Shown: piece by piece, positions 1 to 9,255 of the stretch
How the letters are laid out: each line of letters begins with the position of its first letter
How positions within the stretch are numbered: the stretch's first letter is position 1
The notes under the pieces: model-generated
The model's database searches: none
The model's input: the letters and a program-made list of their open reading frames with translations, nothing else
What the model was told of the DNA's origin: nothing
Position numbers and translations under genes: made by a program
Assembly (NCBI GenBank): GCA_965262915.1
Contig: OZ253564.1
Coordinates: forward strand, 960,001-1,024,000
Length of the DNA stretch: 64,000 bases
Reading direction: 5' to 3'
DNA from: Candidatus Spongiisociaceae bacterium
GTDB lineage: Bacteria > Actinomycetota > Acidimicrobiia > Spongiisociales > Spongiisociaceae

Positions 1-60
1 CAGCGCAAGGGCCGGGTTGATTTCACAAATCTCGAAGATGACCTGAGCGACCTGCTGTGA
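1..60 (+). CDS. 3' end of an upstream gene (partial, unknown product)
   Basis: Open frame QRKGRVDFTNLEDDLSDLL* from the window edge to TGA at 58-60. Confidence 0.35.
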   Translation, partial: QRKGRVDFTNLEDDLSDLL

Positions 61-126
61 GACTCGGGGGAGACATGCGAGGATTGGCGGTTCACCCACG
101 CGGAACCGACAGGCAAAGAGACATCC

Positions 127-432
127 ATGGCTGACAGAGACCTCATCGCATTCACGACGAAGAAAGAATACGCCGTCCAACTCCTGCGGGAGTTGGTGAT
201 CTCGGGCGAACTCCGATCCGATGCTCGCGTGCTGCAGCCAGACATCGACGAGGAGCTCGGTGTAAGCGTCACTCCGGTTCGGGAGGCGATCAGGCAACTC
301 GAGACGGGGGGCTACCTGGAGTCGACTGCTTGGCCCACGCTGCGGGGAGTTTGCGTTAGATCATCGGGCGTTCGGCCTCGGACAGGTGATCGGTCACGAT
401 TTTCGTGGATCGGGAGTTGGGTAATCGGATGA
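127..432 (+). pseudogene. GntR-family regulator, truncated (wHTH only, no effector domain)
   Basis: LRELVISGEL..EELGVSVTPVREAIRQLETGGYL is a GntR wHTH; similarity is lost after ~codon 66. Confidence 0.7.
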
Positions 433-442
433 GGGTTGTGAT

Positions 443-1465
443 ATGAAGTCTTTGCCTGACGCGGAGTCTGTCCCTCTTCGTGGTGGACCGGTGCTGCGTT
501 GGGGGATCCTAGCGCCGGGAGTAATAGCCACTAAGTTCGTGCGGTCGTTGAAGCGTCACACCGACCAAGAAGTTACTGCAGTGGGTTCTCGGTCGCGCGA
601 GCGGGCTGAGCGCTTTGGCCGGCGGTTTTCGATTCCGCGTGCGTACGCTTCTTATGAAGCGTTGCTCGGTGATAGTGATGTTGATATTGTCTATATCGCG
701 TCCCCGCATAGCCATCATAGAGAGATGGCAGTGGCCTCACTTGAGGCTGGTAAGCATGTTCTCGTCGAGAAACCACTGGCCACTACAGCGTTAGAGGCGC
801 AGGCCATTAGCGATTCAGTAAGTATTCACAATAGGTTTGCGATGGAGGCCATGCATACGCGCTTTCATCCGAGGACTAGCGTCTTGGAAAAGTTGCTAGA
901 GGACGGTGAACTCGGGCAAGTACGAATGGTTGCAGCGGATTTGGGGGCGGTCTTCCCTGTAGATCATGGTAACCGACTCTATGATCCGGCGCTTGGGGGC
1001 GGGGCTCTATTGGACATGGGGGTTTATTCAGTTTGGTTCGCCGTCTTCATTATGGGCTTGCCAACCCGCGTTCAGTGCGTCGGAGAACTTACTTCAACAG
1101 GTGTCGATGGTCAATCCATAACTCTGTTGACCAATGAGAGTGGTCAACAAGCAGTTGCAAGTTGCAGTCTCTATACATTTGGCTCTGGAGAGGCCAGCAT
1201 AAACGGTTCGGGTGGCCGGGTCTTGATCCCTTCGCGCCATCCTGCTCCTGGTGGATTCACGCTGTATGATGATAAGAACGAACTTGTTGCGGAATACATC
1301 GATCGATCAGGCCTTCTCACCGCCGAGGATGGATTGTGCAGACAGGCGGTCTGGGCTGCCCGGCATGTCTCGGATGGTTTGACGCAGTCGCCACTGCATC
1401 CTCTGTCGATGTCTATAGATGTGCTACAGGTGCTCGATGAAGCTCGTGCGCAACTAGTGTCCTGA
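443..1465 (+). CDS. Gfo/Idh/MocA-family oxidoreductase (stop codon supplied by the IS630 end)
   Basis: RWGILAPG, GKHVLVEKP and GGGALLDMGVY motifs; visibly lower GC than neighbouring genes. Confidence 0.9.
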   Translation: MKSLPDAESVPLRGGPVLRWGILAPGVIATKFVRSLKRHTDQEVTAVGSRSRERAERFGRRFSIPRAYASYEALLGDSDVDIVYIASPHSHHREMAVASLEAGKHVLVEKPLATTALEAQAISDSVSIHNRFAMEAMHTRFHPRTSVLEKLLEDGELGQVRMVAADLGAVFPVDHGNRLYDPALGGGALLDMGVYSVWFAVFIMGLPTRVQCVGELTSTGVDGQSITLLTNESGQQAVASCSLYTFGSGEASINGSGGRVLIPSRHPAPGGFTLYDDKNELVAEYIDRSGLLTAEDGLCRQAVWAARHVSDGLTQSPLHPLSMSIDVLQVLDEARAQLVS

Positions 1466-2547
1466 TTCGGGGATTCGTTGTAGATAGTTGGTGAGGTTGT
1501 CGAAGATTTGGTCGGCGGTTTTGTGCCAGATGAAGGGTTTGGGGTTTTGGATCCAGTGTTGGGTCCATTCGTTGATGGCGTCGGTGAGTTCGGCTACGGA
1601 TCGGTGGGTGCCTCGGCGTATTTGTTTGGTGGTGAGTTCGGAGAACCGTCGCTCGACGAGGTTCATCCACGAGGCGTAGGTGGGTGTGAAATGGAAACTA
1701 AAGCGGGGGTGGCGTTGCAGCCAGCGCTGTATGGGCTCGGTTTTGTGGGGCGACGCGTTGTCCAACACGACGTGGACGTCTAGTTCGGGGGGGACTTCGC
1801 GGTTGATGAGGTTTAGGAACGTCTGGAATTCTTCGGTGCGGTTGCGTCGTGTCATGGAGGTGATGACCCGGCCGGTGGCGGTGTCGAGCGCGGCCCCGAG
1901 GTTGGTGGTGCCGTACCGGCGGTAGTCGTGGGTGCGCCGCTGGGGGGTCCGGGCAACAGGGGCAGGATCGGTGCGGTGCGGTCGAGGGCCTGTATCTGGG
2001 ATTTGTGGTCCACGCAGAGCACCACCGCCGCGTCCGGAGGGTTCAGGTACAAACCCGCCAGGTCACGGACCTTTTCCACGAACTGCGGATCGGGAGATAT
2101 CTTGAAATCTTCGGTCCGGTGCGGCTTGAGACCGAACGCCCGCCATATCCTTAGGATCGACGACTGGGACAGGCCGACGGCCCTCGCCATGGACCGGGTC
2201 GACCAGTGCGTAGCATCCGCAGGGGTCTCCTCCAGGGTCTTGACCACCACCTCCTCCACCTTGGCGTCGTCTATGAGGCGGGGAGGCCCGGGACGGGGAT
2301 CGTCGTACAGACCGTCGAGACGGCGCTGGGCGAAACGGTTCCGCCACTTGGAAACGGTGTTGGTGCTGCAACCCAGTTCGGTGGCGATGTCGACATTGGC
2401 GCGGTCTTGGGCCGCGCCTAGGACCACACGGCACCGCATCGCCAACCCCTGTGGAGTGGAGGGCCGCCGCGCCCAACGCTCCAGTGTCTCGCGTTCGGTA
2501 GCATCCAAGTCGATAACCACTGCTTTACGACCCCGCCGTTTTTTCAT
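1454..2547 (-). pseudogene. IS630 transposase split by a frameshift near 1942-1948
   Basis: HTH part (THWSTRSMA, VLCVD.KSQIQALDR) in 1852-2547; DDE part (HDYRRYGTT, VVLDNASPHK, FTPTYASWMNLVE) continues in another frame. Confidence 0.85.
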
Positions 2548-2629
2548 CAGCTGTTCCCAATATGGGCTATTACTGAACTACTTACACCATAGCAGAATAA
2601 GTCAAACGATCAAAGAATCAGGACACTAG
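1454..2629 (-). mobile_element. IS630-family insertion sequence
   Basis: Perfect 15-bp terminal inverted repeats CTAGTGTCCTGATTC (1454-1468) / GAATCAGGACACTAG (2615-2629), including the TA target; transposase lies inside. Confidence 0.92.
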
Positions 2630-2679
2630 ATGGTCAGTTCCAAGCGGTTAGTGGTCGGGGGAGCGGGAGGGACCTGCAA

Positions 2680-2694
2680 GAGTCTCCGGGAAAC
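2680..2694. repeat. Left half of an IS3-family (IS6110-like) terminal inverted repeat split by IS110; right half at 4181-4193
   Basis: Joining the flanks gives GAGTCTCCGGGAAACCCGGGGCGGTTCA, compared with the IS6110 end GAGTCTCCGGACATGCCGGGGCGGTTCA (recalled sequence). Confidence 0.7.
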
Positions 2695-2709
2695 CACTCA
2701 TACTTAAGG

Positions 2710-2895
2710 TGACCTCGACCGGGAGGGGCCTGGTCTGACCCACCGGGAAACTGGCGGTTGTGCCTTACCCCGGATCTGTCGGCTGGGCAACGGTGGGGGG
2801 GGAACGGGCAGCCAGCCCGGAGCGGATGTGACCTCATAGGAGCTTTGTTCGTTTCTCCCACACCCTGAGTGGTTTGTCCACCCGCTTCGGACCGG
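2710..2895 (+). ncRNA. Predicted IS110 bridge RNA (ends approximate)
   Basis: Guides CCGGGAAAC (2743-2751), CCCCGGAT (2768-2775), CATAGGAGC (2835-2843) and TGAGTGGTTT (2866-2875) match the element junctions and sit in loops closed by stems (e.g. 2817-2832 with 2876-2890). Confidence 0.75.
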
Positions 2896-2942
2896 CGCTG
2901 CCAGATAAGCCTATCCAACACAAATAGGGGGGCGCAGACAGC

Positions 2943-4174
2943 ATGTCAGGACGAGACCAGGTCGATGTGTATGGCGGGGTTGACACCCATCGGGATACCC
3001 ATGTTGGGGCGGTGGTGGATGCTACCGGTCGCCTGTTGGGGTCGGAGGAGTCGGGGCCGACTCCCCAGGATATGTGCAGTTGGAGAGATGGCTTCGCTCC
3101 TGGGGCCAGGTGGTTCAGGTCGGTGTGGAAGGCACCGGCAGTTACGGCGCCGGCTTGGCCCGTCATCTGACCGCAGCAGGTGTCGAGGTGGTAGAGGTGA
3201 ACCGTCCTAACCGCCAGTTGTGCCGCCTTCGGGGCAAGACCGACACCGTAGACGCCGAAGCCGCTGCCAGAGCTGCTCTTAGCGGAGCGGCCACCGCCCG
3301 GCCCAAAGCTGGGGATGGACCGGTCGAAGGAATAAGGATGCTGCGTGTGGCTCGCCGCTCAGCGGTCAAGGCCCGCACCCAGGCCGCCAACCAGATCCAT
3401 GCTCTAGTGGTAACCGCCCCAGAACAGGTCAAACACCAACTACGGGGCTTCAATCTCCGAACACAGGTCAGAATCTGCGCTCGTTGGCGTCCTGGTGAAA
3501 CACAGACCACCACCGCATACGCCAAGAGGGCACTGCGGCACCTAGCCCGCCGATACCAGACCCTCGACACCGAGATCACACAACTCGACACAGAGATCCG
3601 CCGTCTCTGCGCACGGACCAACCCGGCGCTCCTAGCCGCTACCGGCGTGGGTCCCGACTCCGCTGCCGCGCTGCTGGTGGCCGCCGGTGACAACCCCGGA
3701 CGGATGAACACCGAAGCGTCCTTCGCGGCGCTGTGCGCCCTCAGCCCCGTCCAAGCATCATCGGGACGAACAATTCGCCACCGGCTCAACCGAGGCGGCG
3801 ACCGCCAAGCGAACAACGCGCTATGGCGAATAGCCACCAACCGGATGCGCACCGAACCACGAACCATCGAATACACCCGCAGGCGTCAAGCCGAAGGCAA
3901 AACCCGCCGAGAGATCATCCGCTGCCTCAAACGGCACATCGCACGCGAGATCCACCACCTGCTCACCAACCCAACCCCAACACCGCACGGCAACGATCTA
4001 CGCCTCCAACGTCACCAAGCCCGACAAACCCTCACCGACGTCGCCCAACAACTCCAAGTCCATCCCACCCTCATATCACTACTCGAACGAGGCCTCCACC
4101 ACAACCACCAGCTCGCCACCCGATACCAGCAATGGCTCACCGACACCACGAGAAACCCGATTTGCAAAACATAG
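2943..4174 (+). pseudogene. IS110 recombinase/transposase with C-terminal XRE HTH; 1-nt frameshift near 3051-3056
   Basis: GVDTH, GVEGTGSYG and GKTDTVDA (DEDD); SPVQASSG and RLNRGGDRQAN (Tnp20 domain); N-terminus in ORF 2943-3170, remainder in 3074-4174. Confidence 0.88.
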
Positions 4175-4415
4175 GAGCATCCGGGGCGGTTCACAATAGA
4201 TCGACCACCCCGACCCCACCACTAGCCAATCGAACGTGCCCACCAACACCTCCACCACACGAATCCGCCGCAGGCACACACCAGACCGACATTCGGCCAT
4301 TATCGCTTGACGCTAGACATTCCGCTCTGCGATACTTCATCTGGACGGACACAACAGAGCTAGACACCCAGTCAGCTAGGTAGCGGTTGCGTCGTTTGAT
4401 TAGGAGGTAATCGTT

Positions 4416-6125
4416 ATGCGGGATACGTATATGCGTCGGGCACTGTTTTCTTGGTTGATCGTATTCGCTTTGGTCGTCGTAGCCTGTGGCGGTGACGACG
4501 ACACGCCACAGGCTACGACCCCTGCAGCAACGGCGGCGGTCACGACTGCAGCCGCTCCCAGCGACACATCTGCGCCCGGGACTACTTCCGCCACAGCCGA
4601 CACATCTGCGCCTACTACTGCCCCTGCCACTACTTCTGCAACGGAAACTCCTGAACCTGCAATGTCGGGTGGCACCATAATCATGGCCGAGGTGAAGGCA
4701 CCTGCCACGCTCGATCCGACCCAGACCTCGGAGACCCAGTCCGGGTTTGCCTGGCAACTCTCCTACGAGACCCTGGTTCTGGTCGCAGGGGGCGGGACGA
4801 GGATCGATCCGCTTCTCGCCACCGATTGGACAATCAGCGATGACGGGTTGGTGTACAGCTTCAACCTGCGCGAAGGCGTCACCTTCCACAATGGAGAGCC
4901 GTTCACCGCAGACGATGTCGTGTTTTCGTTCGAGCGGCTCATGAGTGACGGGCTCCCGTTCGCGCAGGCGCTGTTCCCGAATCTCGAATCAGTAGTCGAG
5001 ACGGGCCCGATGTCGGTTGACTTCATTCACTCTGCGCCGGTGGCGAGTTTCCTGCTCCAGCTCGGCGACCCGTTCGTGTTCGGGTCCGGAATCCTGAACC
5101 GGGAGGCGGGCGAAGCCGGGGACCCGAACCTCGAGATGATCGGTACAGGTCCCTTCAAGATGGTTTCCTACGATCCGCTCGACTCGCTGGTCCTCGAGAG
5201 GTACGAGGGCTACTGGGGCGACCCGGCCAAGCCGGACAGCGTCATCATTCGGTACATGCCCGAACGAACCGCGCAGTTGATTGCGTTGGTCGCCGGCGAA
5301 ATCGACATCATGGTGCCGGATGCCGACATCGCGTTGAATCTGGAAGGTCGGGGCGATGTTACGGTTCTACCGCTTCAGGGCTGTGACTACGGCCAGGTCG
5401 ATTTCAATAACGTCGGACCACTGCGCGACGTTCGCGTGCGGAGAGCGATTGCCCTGGCCATCGATCGGCAGGAGATTGCCGAGCAGGCGTATCTGGGCCT
5501 TGCCCAGCCAATGGGCTACACGAGCCCCTGCTTCGGGTGGTCGATCCCCGCTGAGGATCTCCCCTACTACACGCAGGATATCGAGGAAGCCAAGCGACTC
5601 CTCGCAGAAGCGGGATACGCCGACGGTCTGTCGATCAGGTTCAATCACCAGGCAGGCGTGAGCACGTCGAGCGATAGGGCTCAGGAGGTCATGCAGGCTC
5701 AGCTCGCCGAGGTCGGTATCGAAGTCACGATCGAGACGAACGAGTTCGGTGTGTGGCTCGATCAGTATCTGAGTGCCTTGGAGGTGGAAGAAGCGGGCGG
5801 TCCTGCGACCTACGACTTGACGACACTCCACGCCGGATTCCGGAGCAATCCGACGGCCGTGCTTCGCGTCAGAGAGGGACGACACGGCGGCGGCGTGCCC
5901 CCAGGAATCAACGAGCAGTATGCCGCCGCGAATGTCGGTTCGCCGGAGGACTACATCGACAACATCAACGAGCTCGTCCGGCGGCAGGTGGACCAGGTGT
6001 TCCCAGGTTTCAAGACCGTCGCGTTCACGATCTGGGTTGCCTTCCGGAGTGACCAGGTGACGGGGGTGGACATCGACGGCACGCTGAACAGGCGATTCCT
6101 CTTCGACGTAACTGAAGTCGGCTAA
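4416..6125 (+). CDS. ABC transporter substrate-binding lipoprotein (family 5, Opp/Dpp type)
   Basis: Lipobox VVVAC, Thr/Ala linker, LREGVTFHNGEPFTADDV and GTGPFK motifs. Confidence 0.92.
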   Translation: MRDTYMRRALFSWLIVFALVVVACGGDDDTPQATTPAATAAVTTAAAPSDTSAPGTTSATADTSAPTTAPATTSATETPEPAMSGGTIIMAEVKAPATLDPTQTSETQSGFAWQLSYETLVLVAGGGTRIDPLLATDWTISDDGLVYSFNLREGVTFHNGEPFTADDVVFSFERLMSDGLPFAQALFPNLESVVETGPMSVDFIHSAPVASFLLQLGDPFVFGSGILNREAGEAGDPNLEMIGTGPFKMVSYDPLDSLVLERYEGYWGDPAKPDSVIIRYMPERTAQLIALVAGEIDIMVPDADIALNLEGRGDVTVLPLQGCDYGQVDFNNVGPLRDVRVRRAIALAIDRQEIAEQAYLGLAQPMGYTSPCFGWSIPAEDLPYYTQDIEEAKRLLAEAGYADGLSIRFNHQAGVSTSSDRAQEVMQAQLAEVGIEVTIETNEFGVWLDQYLSALEVEEAGGPATYDLTTLHAGFRSNPTAVLRVREGRHGGGVPPGINEQYAAANVGSPEDYIDNINELVRRQVDQVFPGFKTVAFTIWVAFRSDQVTGVDIDGTLNRRFLFDVTEVG

Positions 6126-6174
6126 GCGTTCGTCCCACGTTGAGGCCGGCTATGCCACGACGGAATATCTCAGC

Positions 6175-7218
6175 GTGACAGTGGACTCGGGCGAAACGGG
6201 CGGCGCCGCACCAGCCGGTGTTCGCCCGTCCGAGCCCGCGGTCCTTGATATCCGTGACTTGGCAGTGAGCTTCTTCACCCGTGCCGGGGAGGTCCGTGCG
6301 GTTGACCGCCTTTCGCTCAGCCTCAGATCAGGTGAGAGGTGGGGATTGGTGGGCGAGTCCGGGTCGGGGAAGAGCGTCACTGCGCGTGCCGTGCTCGGCC
6401 TGGTGGAGCGTCCCGGGCGGATACTCGGCGGTGAGATTCTCTTCGAGGGCCGCAACCTGCTGGGGTTGCCGGAAGCCGAACTCAGGCGGGTACGAGGCAA
6501 GGAGATCGCGCTCGTCTTCCAAAGCCCCTCGAACTCGCTCAACCCTGTCCTTCGAACCGGCAGGCAGTTGGAGGAATCACTCCGTTCCCATGTCGACTTG
6601 CCTCATGCCGTTACTCGTGACCGGGCATTGAGTTCGCTGAGGGCTGTCGGCATCTCCGAGCCCGTTCAGCTTGCGCGCGGGTATCCGCACGAGTTCTCGG
6701 GCGGGATGCAGCAGCGGCTCTACATCGCCATGTCGATCATCAACGAGCCGAAAGTCCTGATCGCTGACGAGCCGACGACGGCTCTCGACGTGACGATCCA
6801 GGCCCAGATCCTCGACCTGCTCCGCGACACCGTTGCCGACCGGGGGATGACCCTGTTGTTGATCACTCACAACATGGGTGTGGTCGCCAACATCTGCGAT
6901 CGAGTTGCAGTGATGTACGCAGGAGAGGTTGTCGAAACGGCAAGAGTCGACGAGCTCTTTGATAACCCGTTGCACCCCTATTCCCGTGCGTTACTGCGGT
7001 GCCTGCCCGATCCCACGAAGGGTCGTCAGCATCTTGAGGCCATCCCCGGTTCACCGCCCACCTCTACTGCGCAACCAGCCGGTTGCAGGTTCCGGGAGCG
7101 GTGCTCCTTCGCCCGGGATATCTGCAGTGAACACCCGGACCTCCTGGAAGTACAGCCGCAACGTTCGGTCCGTTGCTGGGTCGCGCAAGCGGAGAAACGA
7201 CTGCCCGACGATGCCTGA
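6175..7218 (+). CDS. Oligopeptide-type ABC ATPase (OppD/DppD-like)
   Basis: GESGSGKS, FSGGMQQR, IADEPTTALD, GCRFRERC. Confidence 0.92.
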   Translation: MTVDSGETGGAAPAGVRPSEPAVLDIRDLAVSFFTRAGEVRAVDRLSLSLRSGERWGLVGESGSGKSVTARAVLGLVERPGRILGGEILFEGRNLLGLPEAELRRVRGKEIALVFQSPSNSLNPVLRTGRQLEESLRSHVDLPHAVTRDRALSSLRAVGISEPVQLARGYPHEFSGGMQQRLYIAMSIINEPKVLIADEPTTALDVTIQAQILDLLRDTVADRGMTLLLITHNMGVVANICDRVAVMYAGEVVETARVDELFDNPLHPYSRALLRCLPDPTKGRQHLEAIPGSPPTSTAQPAGCRFRERCSFARDICSEHPDLLEVQPQRSVRCWVAQAEKRLPDDA

Positions 7219-8302
7219 GGCCGATCCCGGATCAAGCGGACTCCCTGCTGAGGAAATGCAGGCAGCGGCGTTGGACGCGGGAAACGTGATTCTATCGTTG
7301 GGCAAGGTTGTCAAGCGTTTCCGGATACGCGGCGGGCTGCTACAACCCAGCCGGGTGGTGCATGCGCTCGACGGCGTGACACTCGACGTCAAGGCTGGGG
7401 AGACATTGGGCATTGTCGGTGAATCGGGGTCCGGGAAGACCACGCTGGCACGGATCATGGTCGGGCTGGAGGAACCAACCTCGGGCACCGTGACGGCAAA
7501 TGTGGATCGGTCTACTGCCTCGAAAGGCCCGACGCCGTCCGTCGGGGGTGCCGCGGAAGCGCAAATGGTGTTCCAGGATCCCACCGGTTCGCTCGATCCC
7601 CGGATGACCATCGGCGCCAGCGTGGGTGAGCCACTTACTCGCGAGCAAAGAAGCTTCAGGCGGAATCGCGTGCAGCAGATGCTCGACCTCGTCGGTCTTG
7701 AGCCCGGCACGATCAACCGCTACCCCCACCAGCTGTCCGGCGGTCAGCAGCAGCGTGCATGTATTGCCCGGGCACTTATCGGCGGTACCAAACTGGTCAT
7801 ATACGACGAGGCACTGAGTTCGTTGGACGTCTCGCTGCAAGCCCAGATAATCGGCTTGTTGGAGGAGCTCCAAGCGAAGCTCGGTCTCACATACGTATTC
7901 ATCTCACACGACTTGACGGTCGTCGAATCCATCGCCACGCGTACCGGGGTGATGTACCTCGGGAAGATGGTCGAGTTGGGCCGATCCGAAGATGTCCGAC
8001 GCAACCCCTTGCACCCGTACACCTTGGCGCTGCGCTCTGCGGTTCCGGTTCCAAACCCCGAAGTGGAAAGACGACGACGGCGCATAATCCTGCACGGCGA
8101 AGTAGGCAGCTCTATCAATCCTCCAACCGGTTGTCGCTTTCATCCTCGCTGTCCGCTGGCCGAACAGATATGCCGGGAAGAGGAGCCCGCATTCGTCGAG
8201 TACCAGCCGGGCCAGTGGTCGGCCTGCCATTTCACCAATACCTGGTCGGAGCACCCGACAGGTCACCCGCAAAGCCTCCAACAAAGAGTCAGCGCCGGAT
8301 GA
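7211..8302 (+). CDS. Oligopeptide-type ABC ATPase (OppF/DppF-like)
   Basis: GESGSGKT, LSGGQQQR, GCRFHPRC; ATG 7211 overlaps the upstream gene. Confidence 0.9.
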   Translation: MPEADPGSSGLPAEEMQAAALDAGNVILSLGKVVKRFRIRGGLLQPSRVVHALDGVTLDVKAGETLGIVGESGSGKTTLARIMVGLEEPTSGTVTANVDRSTASKGPTPSVGGAAEAQMVFQDPTGSLDPRMTIGASVGEPLTREQRSFRRNRVQQMLDLVGLEPGTINRYPHQLSGGQQQRACIARALIGGTKLVIYDEALSSLDVSLQAQIIGLLEELQAKLGLTYVFISHDLTVVESIATRTGVMYLGKMVELGRSEDVRRNPLHPYTLALRSAVPVPNPEVERRRRRIILHGEVGSSINPPTGCRFHPRCPLAEQICREEEPAFVEYQPGQWSACHFTNTWSEHPTGHPQSLQQRVSAG

Positions 8303-9255
8303 GGACCGCTCGCTTCGTTGCTGAACGAGTTCTTGGAGTGCTAGGTGTGCTCTTCGTCGTATCGATTCTGGTGTTCACGTTGGGCAACGAGCTGATCCCC
8401 GGAGACCAGGCGATTGCACTCGTTGGTAGCGAGGGTGCCACTCAGGAACAATTGGCAGAGGTGCGAGAGGAACTCGGTCTCAACGATCCCATCGTCGAGC
8501 GATACTGGGCCTGGCTCTCCGCTGCGGTCACCGGAGATTTCGGGGCGTCCGCCATCACACACATTCCGGTGCGCGACCAGTTGGCCGTTCAGATTCCCGT
8601 CTCATTCGAGCTGGCAGGTCTGGCGCTACTCGGGGCAGTCGTCATCGGTATTCCGCTCGGTATCCTGGCTGCAGTTCGCTCCAATCGCACTCCGGATGTG
8701 ATCATTCGTACGACACTTCTGGTGTCGTTCTCGGTACCTAGCTTTCTCTTCGGCATCTTCCTACTGTTCGCAGGAGCCACATACTGGAAGTCTCTCTATT
8801 CGTCGGTGTACATTCCATTCACCGAGGATCCCGGCGCCAACCTGCGGGTTATGATCCTGCCGGCGGTTTCCATTGCGCTCCCTGTCTCGGCGATCGTCAT
8901 GCAGATGACCCGTGGCGCGATGCTCGAAGCACTGAACGCACCGTTCATATTGGCCGCGACGGCGCGGGGTGTCTTGAGGGTGCGCATTCTCTTCATCCAC
9001 GCTTTGAAGAACGCTTTCCCTCCCATCCTCACCCTGGTGGGTTTCGTATTCGGCACTCTCCTGGCCGGGTTGGTCGTCGTTGAGGAGATCTTCGGCCTGC
9101 CGGGTCTTGGACGGGGCCTCATTCAATCGATCGCCCGCCGGGAGTGGGCGTCGGTCATGGCGATCAGCGTCGTCATAGCGGCTGCATTCGTCGTGACGAA
9201 CACGGTTGTCGACCTGGTGTATCCGATACTCGACCCGCGCCAGAGGGAAGCATGA
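8299..9255 (+). CDS. ABC permease (OppB/DppB-like)
   Basis: ATGA overlap at 8299; TM helices; ATARGV..HALKNA and VEEIFGLPGLG motifs. Confidence 0.9.
   Translation: MRTARFVAERVLGVLGVLFVVSILVFTLGNELIPGDQAIALVGSEGATQEQLAEVREELGLNDPIVERYWAWLSAAVTGDFGASAITHIPVRDQLAVQIPVSFELAGLALLGAVVIGIPLGILAAVRSNRTPDVIIRTTLLVSFSVPSFLFGIFLLFAGATYWKSLYSSVYIPFTEDPGANLRVMILPAVSIALPVSAIVMQMTRGAMLEALNAPFILAATARGVLRVRILFIHALKNAFPPILTLVGFVFGTLLAGLVVVEEIFGLPGLGRGLIQSIARREWASVMAISVVIAAAFVVTNTVVDLVYPILDPRQREA

Larger units (their letters stand above)
2695..4181 (+). mobile_element. IS110-family element (no terminal IRs)
   Basis: DEDD recombinase, ~250-bp left non-coding end; boundaries fixed by guide matches and by reconstruction of the empty site. 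Confidence 0.88.
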
